Notes under the pieces: generated by a model
The model's database searches: none
What the model was told of the DNA's origin: nothing
What the model saw: the letters and a program-made list of their open reading frames with translations, nothing else
NCBI GenBank assembly: GCA_963667795.1
Contig: OY764017.1
Location: 3,457,778-3,521,777, forward strand
DNA length: 64,000 bases
DNA from: Christensenellaceae bacterium
Lineage (GTDB): Bacteria > Bacillota > Clostridia > Christensenellales > CAG-138
Reading direction: 5' to 3'
Program-made: the position numbers and the translations under genes
Shown here: positions 49,842-60,720 of the stretch, in pieces
Numbering within the stretch: position 1 is the stretch's first letter
How the letters are laid out: every line of letters starts with the position of its first letter

Positions 49842-50042
49842 ATGGCAGTACCCAAGAGAAAAACGTCAAAAGCAAGACGTGATTCGCGTAGAGCAGGCAA
49901 CTTCAACCTGAAAGCGCCGCAGCTCGGCGAGTGCCCGCAGTGCCACTCGTTCGTACCGTCCCACACGGTTTGCAAAACGTGCGGGTATTACGACGGCAAG
50001 CTGGTTGTCGACATGGAGAAGAAGGAAAAAGCAAACGCCTGA
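49842..50042 (+). CDS. rpmF: 50S ribosomal protein L32 (zinc-ribbon form)
   Basis: MAVPKRKTSK, CPQC..HTVCKTCGYY. Confidence 0.98.
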   Translation: MAVPKRKTSKARRDSRRAGNFNLKAPQLGECPQCHSFVPSHTVCKTCGYYDGKLVVDMEKKEKANA

Positions 50043-50100
50043 CGATCCATCCTTCAACGGAAGCCGAATGATGTTCGACGAACAATACCGTATACAGCGG

Positions 50101-50142
50101 AAGACTTTCCGAAGCGGGCGACCGCATCGGAAGGTCTTTTTT
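50101..50142 (+). terminator. Intrinsic terminator after rpmF
   Basis: AAGACTTTCCGA...TCGGAAGGTCTT + T-tract. Confidence 0.75.
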
Positions 50143-50145
50143 GCG

Positions 50146-50174
50146 TTGCATACCCTTTGAATTTTTCGTATAAT
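50146..50174 (+). promoter_or_regulatory. Sigma-A promoter for plsX
   Basis: TTGCAT-17 bp-TATAAT. Confidence 0.7.
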
Positions 50175-50306
50175 AAAGAATCGGCGGCGTCGCACGTCGA
50201 AACGGTATGATGATGTTTATTATTTGAAAGCGGCATAAGGGATGGAACTTTTTTGATTGAAGCGGACGGCATTTTTTAAGTCGCCGCGGATGGGAGTGAT
50301 GTTTTT

Positions 50307-51314
50307 TTGAAAATTGCGATTGACGCGATGGGCGGTGATTATGCGCCGCTGGCGGTTCTGGAGGGTTTGAAGCTCGTTTTGCCGGAGCTGCCGAAGGATG
50401 CCGAACTGATCCTCTACGGAGACGAAAAACAGATCAAAGACGGACTGGCTGCGATTGCGCTCAGCGATACACGTATAAGCGTGGTTGCGACCACGCAGGT
50501 GATCGGCTGCGATGAACAGCCGACGATGGCGATTCGAAAAAAGAAGGATTCCTCGATGGTGCGGGCGATTGAAGCCGTTGCCAAAGGCGAAGCGGACTGC
50601 GTGCTCTCTGCCGGAAGCACGGGTGCGCTGCTGACCGGTGGCACGCTGATCATCAAGCGCTTAAAGGGCGTCAAGCGTCCGGCGCTGGCAACAATCATGC
50701 CGACGATAGACGGCCGTATGCTGTTGCTCGACTGCGGGGCGAACACGGACTGTAAGAGCGACTACCTTGTGCAGTTTGCAATCATGGGGTCGGCTTATAT
50801 GAAATCCGTGCTTGGCGTGGAGAATCCGCGTATCGGCCTGTTAAGCAATGGTGCAGAAGAAGAAAAAGGCAACGATTTGACCAAACAGACACACCAGTTG
50901 CTCAAGACGGCGCCGGTCAAATTTGCCGGCAACTGTGAAGCGCGCGATGTGCTGAGCGGCGAATTCGACGTTGTGGTATGCGACGGGTTTGACGGCAACG
51001 TCGTGCTCAAAAGCACGGAAGGCACGGCGCAACTGATGATGGCGCTGCTCAAAGAAAACCTGACGTCGAGTTTCATTTCCAAAGTCGGCGCGCTTTTGAG
51101 CAAAAAAGCCTTTAAGGCGCTGAAAAAGAAACTCGACTACACGGAGTATGGCGGTGCGCCGCTGCTCGGCGTAAACGGCGGCGTGATTAAGGCGCACGGC
51201 AGCTCCAACGCCAAGGCGTTTCGCTCTGCAATCCTGCAGGCGGTGCGGCTTGTTTCCAGCGACGTGACAGGGATGGTGGCCGTGGAAATCGCCGCAATGG
51301 GCGTTGAAGAATAG
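50307..51314 (+). CDS. plsX: Phosphate acyltransferase PlsX
   Basis: IDAMGGDYAP, SAGSTGA, DCGAN, CDGFDGN, KAHGSS. Confidence 0.96.
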   Translation: MKIAIDAMGGDYAPLAVLEGLKLVLPELPKDAELILYGDEKQIKDGLAAIALSDTRISVVATTQVIGCDEQPTMAIRKKKDSSMVRAIEAVAKGEADCVLSAGSTGALLTGGTLIIKRLKGVKRPALATIMPTIDGRMLLLDCGANTDCKSDYLVQFAIMGSAYMKSVLGVENPRIGLLSNGAEEEKGNDLTKQTHQLLKTAPVKFAGNCEARDVLSGEFDVVVCDGFDGNVVLKSTEGTAQLMMALLKENLTSSFISKVGALLSKKAFKALKKKLDYTEYGGAPLLGVNGGVIKAHGSSNAKAFRSAILQAVRLVSSDVTGMVAVEIAAMGVEE

Positions 51315-51334
51315 GCACGCGGACTGGTTTAGGA

Positions 51335-51363
51335 TTGACAGATTGACCCGCGTACTATAGAAT
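51335..51363 (+). promoter_or_regulatory. Sigma-A promoter for acpP
   Basis: TTGACA-17 bp-TAGAAT. Confidence 0.7.
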
Positions 51364-51411
51364 ACTACCCGAACGTGATGCGGCGGAACGCATCGAAAAG
51401 GAGTTTGAATC

Positions 51412-51636
51412 ATGCATTTTGATAAAGTTAGAGATATTATTGCAAAGCAGCTGGATATTGACGCAGCCACCATTAAAATGGAAAGCCGCCTGATCGACGA
51501 CCTGAAGGCCGACTCTCTGGACATCGTTGAGCTGATCATGGACCTCGAACAGGAATTCAACATTGAAATTCCGGACGAAGAACTGCCGAAGGTACAGACC
51601 GTGGCGGACATCGTCGGCTACCTGGAGCAGAACTAG
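51412..51636 (+). CDS. acpP: Acyl carrier protein
   Basis: [12 protein letters not shown] phosphopantetheine motif. Confidence 0.97.
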   Translation: MHFDKVRDIIAKQLDIDAATIKMESRLIDDLKADSLDIVELIMDLEQEFNIEIPDEELPKVQTVADIVGYLEQN

Positions 51637-51656
51637 CCCAAACATTGTAAAAGAAT

Positions 51657-51696
51657 ACCCGCATCCAATGGAGAGAAAAAGGGTGCGGGTTTTTTT
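51657..51696 (+). terminator. Terminator after acpP
   Basis: ACCCGCATCC...GGGTGCGGGT + T6. Confidence 0.65.
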
Positions 51697-51764
51697 GTGA
51701 ACTGGCGAAGGCCGAACGACTGTCCGTTTTGAAGAAAAAGACCGATAGGATAAAGGACGAACAC

Positions 51765-52484
51765 ATGCCGTCTGTTGAGAACGCACTTTCCGCGCTGGAA
51801 ACAAACCTGCAATATACGTTTCAAGACCGTTCCCTGCTGGAAACGGCGGTTACGCATACCTCGTTTGTAAAAGGTGACGGGAAAAAGCGGACGCACAACG
51901 AACGGCTTGAATTCTTGGGCGACGCGGTTCTCGAACTCTGCGTCAGCGAGCACCTTTACCTGACCCGGCCGCAAATGCAGGAAGGCGCGATGACGCGTCA
52001 CCGCGCGCGGCTGGTTTGCGAAAAGGCATTGTTCTCCGCGGCGAGCGCTCTTGAAGTGCCGGGCTGCCTGCGTCTTGGCAATGGCGAAGAAGTCACCGGC
52101 GGACGAAACAAACCGTCCGTTGTTTCCGACGCGATGGAAGCCATCATCGGCGCGATCTATCTCGACGGCGGGCTGGAACCCGCGCGGCACGTGATCATCG
52201 ACGTGGTGATCCGCCTGTTGGAAGACGCACGCGTCGACGAGATGGATAAGGACTACAAAACACGTCTGCAGGAGCATATTCAAAAAGGACACATCGGCAA
52301 ACTGACGTATGAATGTAAGGACACGTCCGGCCCGGAACATGAAAAAAGCTTTACCATTTGCGCAATGCTCTCCGGTGAACCCATCGGCGAAGGCATCGGC
52401 AAAAGCAAACAGAGCGCGGGGCAGGCTGCGGCACACGCAGCGTTGATCCAACTCGGAGTTTTGGAGGACGAAGCATGCGTTTAA
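51765..52484 (+). CDS. rnc: Ribonuclease III
   Basis: NERLEFLGDAVL, DAMEAIIGAIYLD, dsRBD DYKTRLQE; start ATG 51765. Confidence 0.97.
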   Translation: MPSVENALSALETNLQYTFQDRSLLETAVTHTSFVKGDGKKRTHNERLEFLGDAVLELCVSEHLYLTRPQMQEGAMTRHRARLVCEKALFSAASALEVPGCLRLGNGEEVTGGRNKPSVVSDAMEAIIGAIYLDGGLEPARHVIIDVVIRLLEDARVDEMDKDYKTRLQEHIQKGHIGKLTYECKDTSGPEHEKSFTICAMLSGEPIGEGIGKSKQSAGQAAAHAALIQLGVLEDEACV

Positions 52485-55400
52485 CAAAGCTCGAACTCAA
52501 TGGATTTAAATCGTTCGCCAGGCGGACGGAAATTCGCTTTGGCGATGGCATTACCGCCATCATCGGCCCGAACGGCAGCGGAAAGAGCAACATTTCCGAC
52601 GCGGTGCGCTGGGTGCTTGGCGAACAGAGCGCAAAAGCACTGCGCGGCACGAAGATGGAAGACGTTATCTTCAACGGCACACAGCTGAGAAAGGCGCTCG
52701 CTTACAGCGAAGTTACGCTGACGTTTGACAACTCCGACGGGCTGCTCGACATGCCGTTCACGGAGATCGCTGTCACGCGGCGCGTCTACCGCTCCGGCGA
52801 GAGCGAATATTGCCTGAACAAAAACAACTGCCGCTTGCGCGACATTCAGGAACTTTTTCGCGACACCGGCATCGGTAAGGACGGCTATTCCATCATCAGC
52901 CAGGGCAAGGTGGAAGAAATTCTCGCCAACAAGTCCGGCGACCGCCGCGCCGCGCTGGAAGAAGCCGCGGGCGTTATGCGCTACCGCGTGCGCAAGGAAG
53001 AAGCCGAACGCAAACTCGACCGAACCGACAAGAATCTTGAACGCATCGAGGACATTCTGGAAGAACTGGCGGACCGCCTCGGCCCGCTGGAAGAGCAGAG
53101 TGCGTCCGCGCGCGCGTATTTACGCCTGCGCGACGAATTGCGCGATCTGGAAGTAAACCTCTTTTTGTATCAATATGAACGCGCCCACGAAAAGCTGGAG
53201 ACCATTGCGGAAACGACCAAACAGATGCTTGCCGAGCGTGACGCCGCGTCGGAAAGCGAAGGCGAACTGGTTGAAGCCTGCGCCAAGCTGGAAGATCAGC
53301 TGCGCTCGCTGGAAAGCGCAATATCCGTGCGGCAGGAAAAGCTGGTCGGCATGGTGTCCGAGGCGGAGAACCGCGTTGGCACGAGCCATGTTTTAAGCGA
53401 GCGGCGTGAACACGCGTTTGAACAGAAAAAACGCATTGAAACCGAGCGCGAAACCGGGAAAACGCGGCTTGGCGAATTGGATGCGGCCATCAACGGCATG
53501 CAGGCCGATGAAAGCGGCAAGGCGGCGCTGGAGCTGCTTGAAAAAGAAATCGAAGCGTCGCAAACCCGCGTGGAAACGCTCGATGCAGACGTGATACATC
53601 GCGAAGAAGCGCTCGAAGCGATGAAAAACAGCATCATCGAGCGGATGAACCGTATGTCGGACTATAAGTCCAGCCTGTCACGCTATGATACGATGCGCAC
53701 GTCCATTCAGGAGCGCCTGGGTGTGATCGACACCGAAGCGCAGAAGCGCAAGGACGAAACCACCCGACTCGAAGAAGAACTCGAACACGCAAAAGAAACC
53801 AAGTTGACGGAAACGGAAAAGCTGGAGCAGGCGAAAAAAGACCTGGACGGTTCCGTTGAAAACCGTCGCCATACGCTGGACGGATATACGTCGCTGCGAG
53901 AAGAGCTGCAGCGGGACGAACAGGGGATATCCTCGCTGCAATCCCGGCTGAAAGTGCTGGAAGAAATGCAGCGCTCCCGCGAAGGGTATTTTGCAAGCGT
54001 CAAAAACATCCTGCGGGACGCACCGAACGATTCAAGGCTGTCGTACGCCATCATCGGCGTGGTTGCGGAACTGATTCGCGTACCGAAAGAATATGAAACC
54101 GCTGTGACCATGGCGATGGGTTCCACGCTTCAAAACATTGTGACGCCGACCGCCGAGGACGCAAAATACGTTATCGAATATCTGCGCGCGCACGACTACG
54201 GCCGGGCGACATTGCTGCCGAAGGCATTGCTGAACCCGACGATGCCGACGCGCGAAGAGCGCGAAAAGCTGAACATGCCGGGTTGCTTCGGGGTCGCGAG
54301 TGAGCTGGTCTCCTGCGACGACGACGTGCGCAGCGTGATCGACTACCTGCTTTGCCGCACGATCATCGTGAAAGATCTCGACGCAGGCATCGCGCTCAAA
54401 AAACGCACGCGCGGCGCATTCCACATTGCAACGCTGGACGGCGACATCATCAGCACCGGCGGATCAATGAGCGGCGGCAGCATGAAAAAGCAAAGCCACT
54501 CGTTGCTCGGGCGCGAACGTGAAATAAAGGAACTGCGCGAAAAGCTGAAAAAAGCCGACGCTGCGCTTGAAGAAAAGAAACAGAGTGTCCGCACAAAGGA
54601 ACAACAGTTGCTTCAGTGCGACATTCAGGTTGATTCCTTCCGCGACGCGGTGCATGCCTGCGAACTGGAAGCGGCAAAACAGGCCGAACAGCTGGATATC
54701 ATCCTGCGCGACGTGGAAAACAGCCGTGAGCGCGAAGCGGAGCTGGAAATCGAACGCACGCAACTGGCGGAGAACCTCTCCGACATCGAAGTGGAGCGCG
54801 TGGACGCGGACAAACAGCAGACCGATATGGAGCAGGACAACGAAGCGACACGCGACGACGTGGCCAAGGCGCAATCCGAGCTTGGCGAAGTGCGCAAGGA
54901 ACGCGAACGCGTGGCGACGGAACTTTCCGAACAGAAGATCCGCCGTATGGCATTGACCAAGGAACGCGACGCGGTGTTTGCCGAGCAGCGGCGATTGGTT
55001 GAAGAACACAGAACCCTCAGCATCCGCCTGCAAAACCTGGAACAGGAAGCGGCGGACAATCAGGCCGCTATCGAAGCGATCGACGCACAGATCAGTGGCA
55101 TGCAATCCGCGATTGAAACCGACAAGGAAGCGACCGAAGCCGAAAAGCAGGCGCAAAAGAAACTGGAAGAAGAGCGGCAGGCGGTGTCTGCGGCGCTCTC
55201 CGAACAGCGAAAACGCCGCGAAGAGCTGATCTCCGGCGCGCGCGACCTTGCGGAACGCCTCCACAAGCAGGAGCTCACACAGAGCCGGCTTGAGATGGAA
55301 CTTGCGACCATGCAGGATCACATCTGGGACGAATACGAACTCACCTACGAAAATGCGGCGGCTCTGCGGCATGAGATCGCAATCGGTGCGACCGGCTCCC

Positions 55401-56050
55401 GTATTTCCGCCATCAAGCGAGAGATCAAGGAACTCGGCGATATCAACCTTGGCGCAATTGAGGATTACAAGTCCGTCAGCGAACGGCACACGGCACTGAA
55501 TACGCAATGCGAGGACCTTAATAAAGCGAAGGCTGACCTTGAGACGCTGATTGTCGAACTGACAACCACGATGGAAAACGTGTTTCTCAAGCAGTTTGCG
55601 CAGATTCAGGAAAACTTTACGGACGTATTTGCGGAACTATTCGGCGGCGGACACGCGGAATTGCGTCTGGCCGACAAAGAAGATATCCTCGGCTGCGACA
55701 TCGATATTATCGCGCAGCCACCGGGCAAGAAACTCCAGCTGCTGACCCTGCTTTCCGGCGGCGAACGCACGCTAACCGCGATTGCATTGCTGTTTGCAAT
55801 GCTCAAGCTCAAGCCGCCGGCGTTCTGCATGCTTGACGAAATCGAGTCTGCGCTGGACGAGGCAAACGTTTCCCGCTTTGCCGACTATGTCAAGCGCTAT
55901 GCCGACGGAACGCAGTTCATCCTGATTACACACCGTAAGGGCAGCATGGAAGTCTGCGACACGCTGTACGGCGTATCGATGGAAGAAAAAGGCGTGAGCA
56001 AAGTTGTCTCCGCGCGCTTTGGCGAGGACGGCAAGATTGCGCAGGTATAA
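52475..56050 (+). CDS. smc: Chromosome segregation protein SMC
   Basis: GFKSF, GPNGSGKSN, hinge GRAT...GGSMSGG, LSGGE, LDEIESALD, ITH. Confidence 0.98.
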   Translation: MRLTKLELNGFKSFARRTEIRFGDGITAIIGPNGSGKSNISDAVRWVLGEQSAKALRGTKMEDVIFNGTQLRKALAYSEVTLTFDNSDGLLDMPFTEIAVTRRVYRSGESEYCLNKNNCRLRDIQELFRDTGIGKDGYSIISQGKVEEILANKSGDRRAALEEAAGVMRYRVRKEEAERKLDRTDKNLERIEDILEELADRLGPLEEQSASARAYLRLRDELRDLEVNLFLYQYERAHEKLETIAETTKQMLAERDAASESEGELVEACAKLEDQLRSLESAISVRQEKLVGMVSEAENRVGTSHVLSERREHAFEQKKRIETERETGKTRLGELDAAINGMQADESGKAALELLEKEIEASQTRVETLDADVIHREEALEAMKNSIIERMNRMSDYKSSLSRYDTMRTSIQERLGVIDTEAQKRKDETTRLEEELEHAKETKLTETEKLEQAKKDLDGSVENRRHTLDGYTSLREELQRDEQGISSLQSRLKVLEEMQRSREGYFASVKNILRDAPNDSRLSYAIIGVVAELIRVPKEYETAVTMAMGSTLQNIVTPTAEDAKYVIEYLRAHDYGRATLLPKALLNPTMPTREEREKLNMPGCFGVASELVSCDDDVRSVIDYLLCRTIIVKDLDAGIALKKRTRGAFHIATLDGDIISTGGSMSGGSMKKQSHSLLGREREIKELREKLKKADAALEEKKQSVRTKEQQLLQCDIQVDSFRDAVHACELEAAKQAEQLDIILRDVENSREREAELEIERTQLAENLSDIEVERVDADKQQTDMEQDNEATRDDVAKAQSELGEVRKERERVATELSEQKIRRMALTKERDAVFAEQRRLVEEHRTLSIRLQNLEQEAADNQAAIEAIDAQISGMQSAIETDKEATEAEKQAQKKLEEERQAVSAALSEQRKRREELISGARDLAERLHKQELTQSRLEMELATMQDHIWDEYELTYENAAALRHEIAIGATGSRISAIKREIKELGDINLGAIEDYKSVSERHTALNTQCEDLNKAKADLETLIVELTTTMENVFLKQFAQIQENFTDVFAELFGGGHAELRLADKEDILGCDIDIIAQPPGKKLQLLTLLSGGERTLTAIALLFAMLKLKPPAFCMLDEIESALDEANVSRFADYVKRYADGTQFILITHRKGSMEVCDTLYGVSMEEKGVSKVVSARFGEDGKIAQV

Positions 56051-56092
56051 TTCATAACGACAGAACACAACCGAATTGGTGATATAAAAGCA

Positions 56093-57004
56093 ATGGAAAA
56101 GAAACCGATATTCAACAAATGGAAGACCGGACTCGGCAAAACGCGCATGAGCTTTTTGTCGCGCCTATTTAGCGGCAAAGAGAGTGTCAACGAAGAATTC
56201 TATGAAGAACTCGAAGAGGCGCTCATCCTTGCGGACGTTGGCGCAATGCCGACAGAGGAACTGCTGGACGAACTACAGGAAACGCTGAAGGAACAGAAAA
56301 TCACCGACCGCGAAGAAGCGCGCAAAGTGCTGATCAACCTGATTGCCGACGCGGTGGAGACAAGTAAGCCGTTTTCCGCGGACAGCGGGGAAGCGGTGCT
56401 GCTCATCGTCGGCGTCAATGGCGTAGGTAAAACGACAAGCATCGGCAAGATCGCCGCAAGCTATACCGAGAAAGGCCGCAAGGTCATGCTTGCCGCGGCG
56501 GACACGTTCCGTGCGGCGGCGGCGGAGCAGCTTGGCGAATGGGCAGCGCGCTCCAATGTGCCGATGGTACGACACAACGAAGGCGCGGACCCGGCGGCGG
56601 TCGTGTTTGACGCAATCGCGTCCTATAAGGCGAAAAACTGCGATCTGCTATTGTGCGACACGGCAGGACGGCTGCACAACAAGGCGAACCTGATGAATGA
56701 ACTCGGCAAAATTCGCCGGGTCATTTCACGCGAACTGCCCGACACGCCCTGCGAAACCCTGCTTGTGCTGGACGCAGTGACGGGGCAGAACGCGGTGATG
56801 CAGGCAAAGGCGTTTGCGGAGGTTTGCGACCTCGACGGCGTGATCCTCACCAAGCTGGACGGCACGGCAAAAGGCGGCGTTGTGGTATCGATCTGCAAAA
56901 CGCTGGATGTGCCGGTCCGCTTCGTCGGCGTTGGCGAAGGTATCGACGACTTGCAGCCGTTCGATGCACAGATGTTTGCGACCGCGCTGCTTTCAACGGA
57001 CTGA
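56093..57004 (+). CDS. ftsY: SRP receptor FtsY (NG domain only)
   Basis: GVNGVGKTT, DTFRAAA, DTAGR, TKLDGTAKGG. Confidence 0.97.
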   Translation: MEKKPIFNKWKTGLGKTRMSFLSRLFSGKESVNEEFYEELEEALILADVGAMPTEELLDELQETLKEQKITDREEARKVLINLIADAVETSKPFSADSGEAVLLIVGVNGVGKTTSIGKIAASYTEKGRKVMLAAADTFRAAAAEQLGEWAARSNVPMVRHNEGADPAAVVFDAIASYKAKNCDLLLCDTAGRLHNKANLMNELGKIRRVISRELPDTPCETLLVLDAVTGQNAVMQAKAFAEVCDLDGVILTKLDGTAKGGVVVSICKTLDVPVRFVGVGEGIDDLQPFDAQMFATALLSTD

Positions 57005-57104
57005 GTTTTTGACAGCCGAGATCGCGCTTTTGGGTAAAAGTTGCCTTACACGGCATGAGAAGAGCCGTTTTTGAATCAAAATCGAATCAAACTTGAATTT
57101 CTTC

Positions 57105-57132
57105 TTGACAAATTCGCACACCACCGTATAAT
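57105..57132 (+). promoter_or_regulatory. Consensus sigma-A promoter for ylxM-ffh-rpsP operon
   Basis: TTGACA-16 bp-TATAAT. Confidence 0.8.
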
Positions 57133-57173
57133 AGTCAAGGTGTAAAGCCGTTCAGCTTTACAGGTGCGAACGT

Positions 57174-57509
57174 ATGGATCGATTGATCGAACTTGGACAA
57201 TTGATGGATTGGTATGGCGAATTCCTGACGGAGCGTCAGCGTTCGCTTGTACGCCAATATGCGTTTGAAGACTGTTCGCTCAGTGAAATTGCCGAGCGCG
57301 AAGGGATTTCGCGACAGGCGGTGCGCGACGCGATTGCAACGGCGGAAAACGAACTGAAAAACATGGAACAAAAGCTCGGACTGATACAAAAGGAAGCCCG
57401 CGCAAAAGAACTTCTTGACGCGCTGGCACAAACTGAGCTGACCGACCGACAAAAGTCGATTGTGGACGCGCTGGCAAAGATAACTACGGAGGATGACGAT
57501 GGCGTTTGA
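57174..57509 (+). CDS. ylxM: YlxM family HTH protein
   Basis: DWYGEFLTERQ, SLSEIAE..GISRQAVRD; upstream of ffh. Confidence 0.93.
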   Translation: MDRLIELGQLMDWYGEFLTERQRSLVRQYAFEDCSLSEIAEREGISRQAVRDAIATAENELKNMEQKLGLIQKEARAKELLDALAQTELTDRQKSIVDALAKITTEDDDGV

Positions 57510-58833
57510 AGGCGTCTCACAAAAACTGCAGGCGATATTTAAAAAGCTGAATTCGCGCGGCAAACTGAATGAAAACGACGTGAAGGAAGCCATGCGCGAG
57601 ATCAAACTCGCACTGCTGGAAGCAGACGTCAACTTCCTCGTGGTCAAGCAGTTCGTAAAAACCGTGAGCGAACGCGCCGTCGGCAGCGAGGTGCTCGAAA
57701 GCCTGACACCCGGACAGCAGGTCGTCAAGATCGTCAACGAAGAGCTGACCCGCCTGATGGGCGGTGAAAACGCAAAACTTGAATTCGGCACCGACAAGCC
57801 CGCCGTCATCCTGATGGCCGGTTTGCAGGGCGCGGGCAAGACCACCATGTGCGGCAAGCTCGGCGCATATATTAAGAAGCAATACGGTAAGCAACCCTTG
57901 CTGGTTGCGTGTGACATCTATCGCCCGGCGGCAATCAAGCAATTGCAGGTCGTCGGCGAAAAACTGGAACTGCCCGTGTACGAACACGGAACGCAGGACC
58001 CGGTGCAAACGGCAAAAGAAGCGATTGAAGAAGCCAAACGGCGTTTTCTGGACGTTGTGATCGTCGATACGGCCGGACGGCTGCATATCGACGCGGACAT
58101 GATGGATGAGCTGAAGCGCATCCGCGACGCGATCGATCCGGTGGAAATCCTGCTGGTTGTTGATGCGATGACCGGCCAGGACGCGGTGAACGTAGCAAAA
58201 AATTTTCACGAGACCATCGAACTTACCGGCGTAATCCTCACCAAACTCGACGGCGACACCCGCGGCGGCGCGGCGCTGTCGGTTCGTCAGGTGACGGGCA
58301 AGCCGATCAAGTTTTCCGGCATCGGCGAAAAACTCACCGATATCGAGCCGTTTTATCCCGACCGCATGGCGAACCGTATCCTCGGCATGGGCGACGTTTT
58401 AACGCTCATTGAAAAAGCACAAAGCGCATTCGACGAGAAAAAGGCTGCCGAGATGGCCGAGAAGATGAAGACCAACAGCTTCACGCTCGACGACTTTCTC
58501 GACCAGATGGAACAGATGAGCTCCATGGGCTCCATGGAGGATATCCTCAAGATGATCCCCGGCATGGACGCAGGCAAGATGAAAGGCGCGCAGATCGACG
58601 AAAAGCAGATGGCGCGCACAAAGGCGATCATTCAAAGCATGACCAGGCAGGAGCGCACAAATCCCGAGTTGCTCAACGCCAGCCGCAGAAAGCGCATCGC
58701 CCGCGGCAGCGGCACGAGCATTCAGGAAGTCAACCGCCTCATGAACCAATTCAATGCTTCGCGGCAGATGATGAAGCAGATGAGTGGACGCATGAAAAAA
58801 GGCAAGCGCGGCGGCATGCCGTTCGGATTTTAA
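57499..58833 (+). CDS. ffh: Signal recognition particle protein Ffh
   Basis: GLQGAGKTT, DTAGR, DGDTRGGAALS, Met-rich M domain RIARGSG. Confidence 0.98.
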   Translation: MAFEGVSQKLQAIFKKLNSRGKLNENDVKEAMREIKLALLEADVNFLVVKQFVKTVSERAVGSEVLESLTPGQQVVKIVNEELTRLMGGENAKLEFGTDKPAVILMAGLQGAGKTTMCGKLGAYIKKQYGKQPLLVACDIYRPAAIKQLQVVGEKLELPVYEHGTQDPVQTAKEAIEEAKRRFLDVVIVDTAGRLHIDADMMDELKRIRDAIDPVEILLVVDAMTGQDAVNVAKNFHETIELTGVILTKLDGDTRGGAALSVRQVTGKPIKFSGIGEKLTDIEPFYPDRMANRILGMGDVLTLIEKAQSAFDEKKAAEMAEKMKTNSFTLDDFLDQMEQMSSMGSMEDILKMIPGMDAGKMKGAQIDEKQMARTKAIIQSMTRQERTNPELLNASRRKRIARGSGTSIQEVNRLMNQFNASRQMMKQMSGRMKKGKRGGMPFGF

Positions 58834-58924
58834 CCTCCGGCGGCGCAATCAAGAAGGCGAATCACGTTTTATTGCGTATTCGATATAAACAAAAACTTTT
58901 TATATTTATTGGAGGAAGCAGACA

Positions 58925-59167
58925 ATGCTCAAAATCAGACTGCGCCGCATGGGCGCAAAGAAGGCACCTTTCTATCGTATCGTAGTAGCGGATTCCCGCG
59001 CACCGCGCGACGGCGCGTTCGTTGAGGAACTCGGCTACTACAATCCGTTGTCCAACCCCGTTGAGCTGAAGGTCAATAACGAGCATGCCGCGGAGTGGAT
59101 TAAGAAGGGCGCACAGCCGACAGAAACCGTTCGCGCATTGCTCAAAAAGAGCGGCGCCATCGAGTGA
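58925..59167 (+). CDS. rpsP: 30S ribosomal protein S16
   Basis: [26 protein letters not shown]. Confidence 0.99.
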   Translation: MLKIRLRRMGAKKAPFYRIVVADSRAPRDGAFVEELGYYNPLSNPVELKVNNEHAAEWIKKGAQPTETVRALLKKSGAIE

Positions 59168-59178
59168 GGATGGGACAA

Positions 59179-59412
59179 ATGGAGGAACTGGTACGCTTTA
59201 TCGCTAAAAACCTGGTCGACACGCCGGACGAAGTGACGGTGGAGTCGCGCGAGGATGGAGACACGGTCGTGATCTCTCTTTCCGTCGCGCCCGACGACAT
59301 GGGCAAGGTCATTGGCAGACAAGGGCGCATCGCCAAGGCGATCCGCACGGTCGTGAAAGCTGCGAGCGTCCGCGAAGACAAGAAATATATGGTCGATATC
59401 GTTGAGAAATGA
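59179..59412 (+). CDS. khpA: KH-domain RNA-binding protein KhpA
   Basis: DMGKVIGRQGRIAKAIRT; between rpsP and rimM. Confidence 0.93.
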   Translation: MEELVRFIAKNLVDTPDEVTVESREDGDTVVISLSVAPDDMGKVIGRQGRIAKAIRTVVKAASVREDKKYMVDIVEK

Positions 59413-59920
59413 GTTTCTGCGCATCGGTCAGATCGTCCGCACGCACGGTGTGCATGGAGACGTAAAGCTGATCCTGCTGACGGACGATCCGGCCAGATTT
59501 CGCGCGCTGAAAACCGCATATCTCGAACAGGCAGGCGCGTATGCGCCTGTTGACATAGACAACGTCCGCATTCAGCCGGGCGCTGTTTTAATGCACATAA
59601 GCGGCTACGACACGGTGGAAGCAGCGCAATCACTGCGAAACACCTATCTCTGCGTGAATCGCGAAAACGCCGTTCAACTGAAAAAGGACACGTATTTTAT
59701 TGTCGATTTGATCGGCTGCGAAACATTTGACACGAACGGCAAGGCCTATGGTAAGGTGACGGATGTTTTGGAAACCGGCGCGAATGACGTATACGAAATT
59801 GATGGCGGTAAGCTCCTCGTGCCCGCGCTCAAGCGCGTGCTGCACACGGTGGACATTGAAAACGCGCGTATCACGTTTGAGGCGGACGTTCTGGAGGAGG
59901 TCGGCTGTTTTGCGGATTGA
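59402..59920 (+). CDS. rimM: Ribosome maturation factor RimM
   Basis: [24 protein letters not shown]. Confidence 0.95.
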   Translation: MRNEFLRIGQIVRTHGVHGDVKLILLTDDPARFRALKTAYLEQAGAYAPVDIDNVRIQPGAVLMHISGYDTVEAAQSLRNTYLCVNRENAVQLKKDTYFIVDLIGCETFDTNGKAYGKVTDVLETGANDVYEIDGGKLLVPALKRVLHTVDIENARITFEADVLEEVGCFAD

Positions 59921-60629
59921 CGTACTGACGATTTTCCCGGAGATGTTTTCCGGCGTGTTCGGCGCAAGCATGCTTGGCCGCGCACAGGAAAACGGCCTGC
60001 TTGAACTGCGTGTGCACAATATCCGCGACTATACCAGCAACAAGCACAAAAAGACGGACGACTATCCCTTCGGCGGCGGCGCAGGCATGGTGATGATGGC
60101 GCAGCCCATCTTCGACTGCGTGGACGCAGTGCTGGAAGGACAAAAAGCCAGGCGGATTTTACTTTCCCCGCGCGGAAAAACGCTTGATCAAAAACTTGCG
60201 AAAGAGCTTGCGGGCGAAGAGCGATTGCTGTTGCTCTGCGGGCATTACGAAGGCGTGGACGAGCGGGTCATGTCGATCATGAATGAAGAAATCTCCATCG
60301 GCGACTATGTGCTCACCGGCGGCGAACTGCCCGCCATGGTGCTTGTCGACTGCCTGAGCCGCTTTATACCCGGTGTACTCGGCAGCGAGCAGAGCGCCGA
60401 GGACGAATCGTTTGCCGACGGACTGCTGGAATACCCGCAGTATACACGGCCTGCGGATTTTCGCGGCATGCAGGTGCCGGAAATTTTGCTCAACGGCCAT
60501 CATGCAAAGATACAAGCGTGGCGACTGGAACAGGCGCGGCTCAAGACCGCGATGAACCGGCCTGATCTTTTGACCGAACAGGAAGGCGACGGCGACGCGA
60601 TGGAAGCGCCGGACGACGCCTGGCTGTAG
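59910..60629 (+). CDS. trmD: tRNA (m1G37) methyltransferase
   Basis: [41 protein letters not shown]; TTG 59910 after GGAGGAGG. Confidence 0.97.
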   Translation: MRIDVLTIFPEMFSGVFGASMLGRAQENGLLELRVHNIRDYTSNKHKKTDDYPFGGGAGMVMMAQPIFDCVDAVLEGQKARRILLSPRGKTLDQKLAKELAGEERLLLLCGHYEGVDERVMSIMNEEISIGDYVLTGGELPAMVLVDCLSRFIPGVLGSEQSAEDESFADGLLEYPQYTRPADFRGMQVPEILLNGHHAKIQAWRLEQARLKTAMNRPDLLTEQEGDGDAMEAPDDAWL

Positions 60630-60720
60630 CCGCTAAAGACTTTGTTTTAGCGAATCAATAGTACAGTGACGGAATGATTTATCAGGAGTGCGGGGGCTAT
60701 GCCCTCGTGATTTTTTCGCT

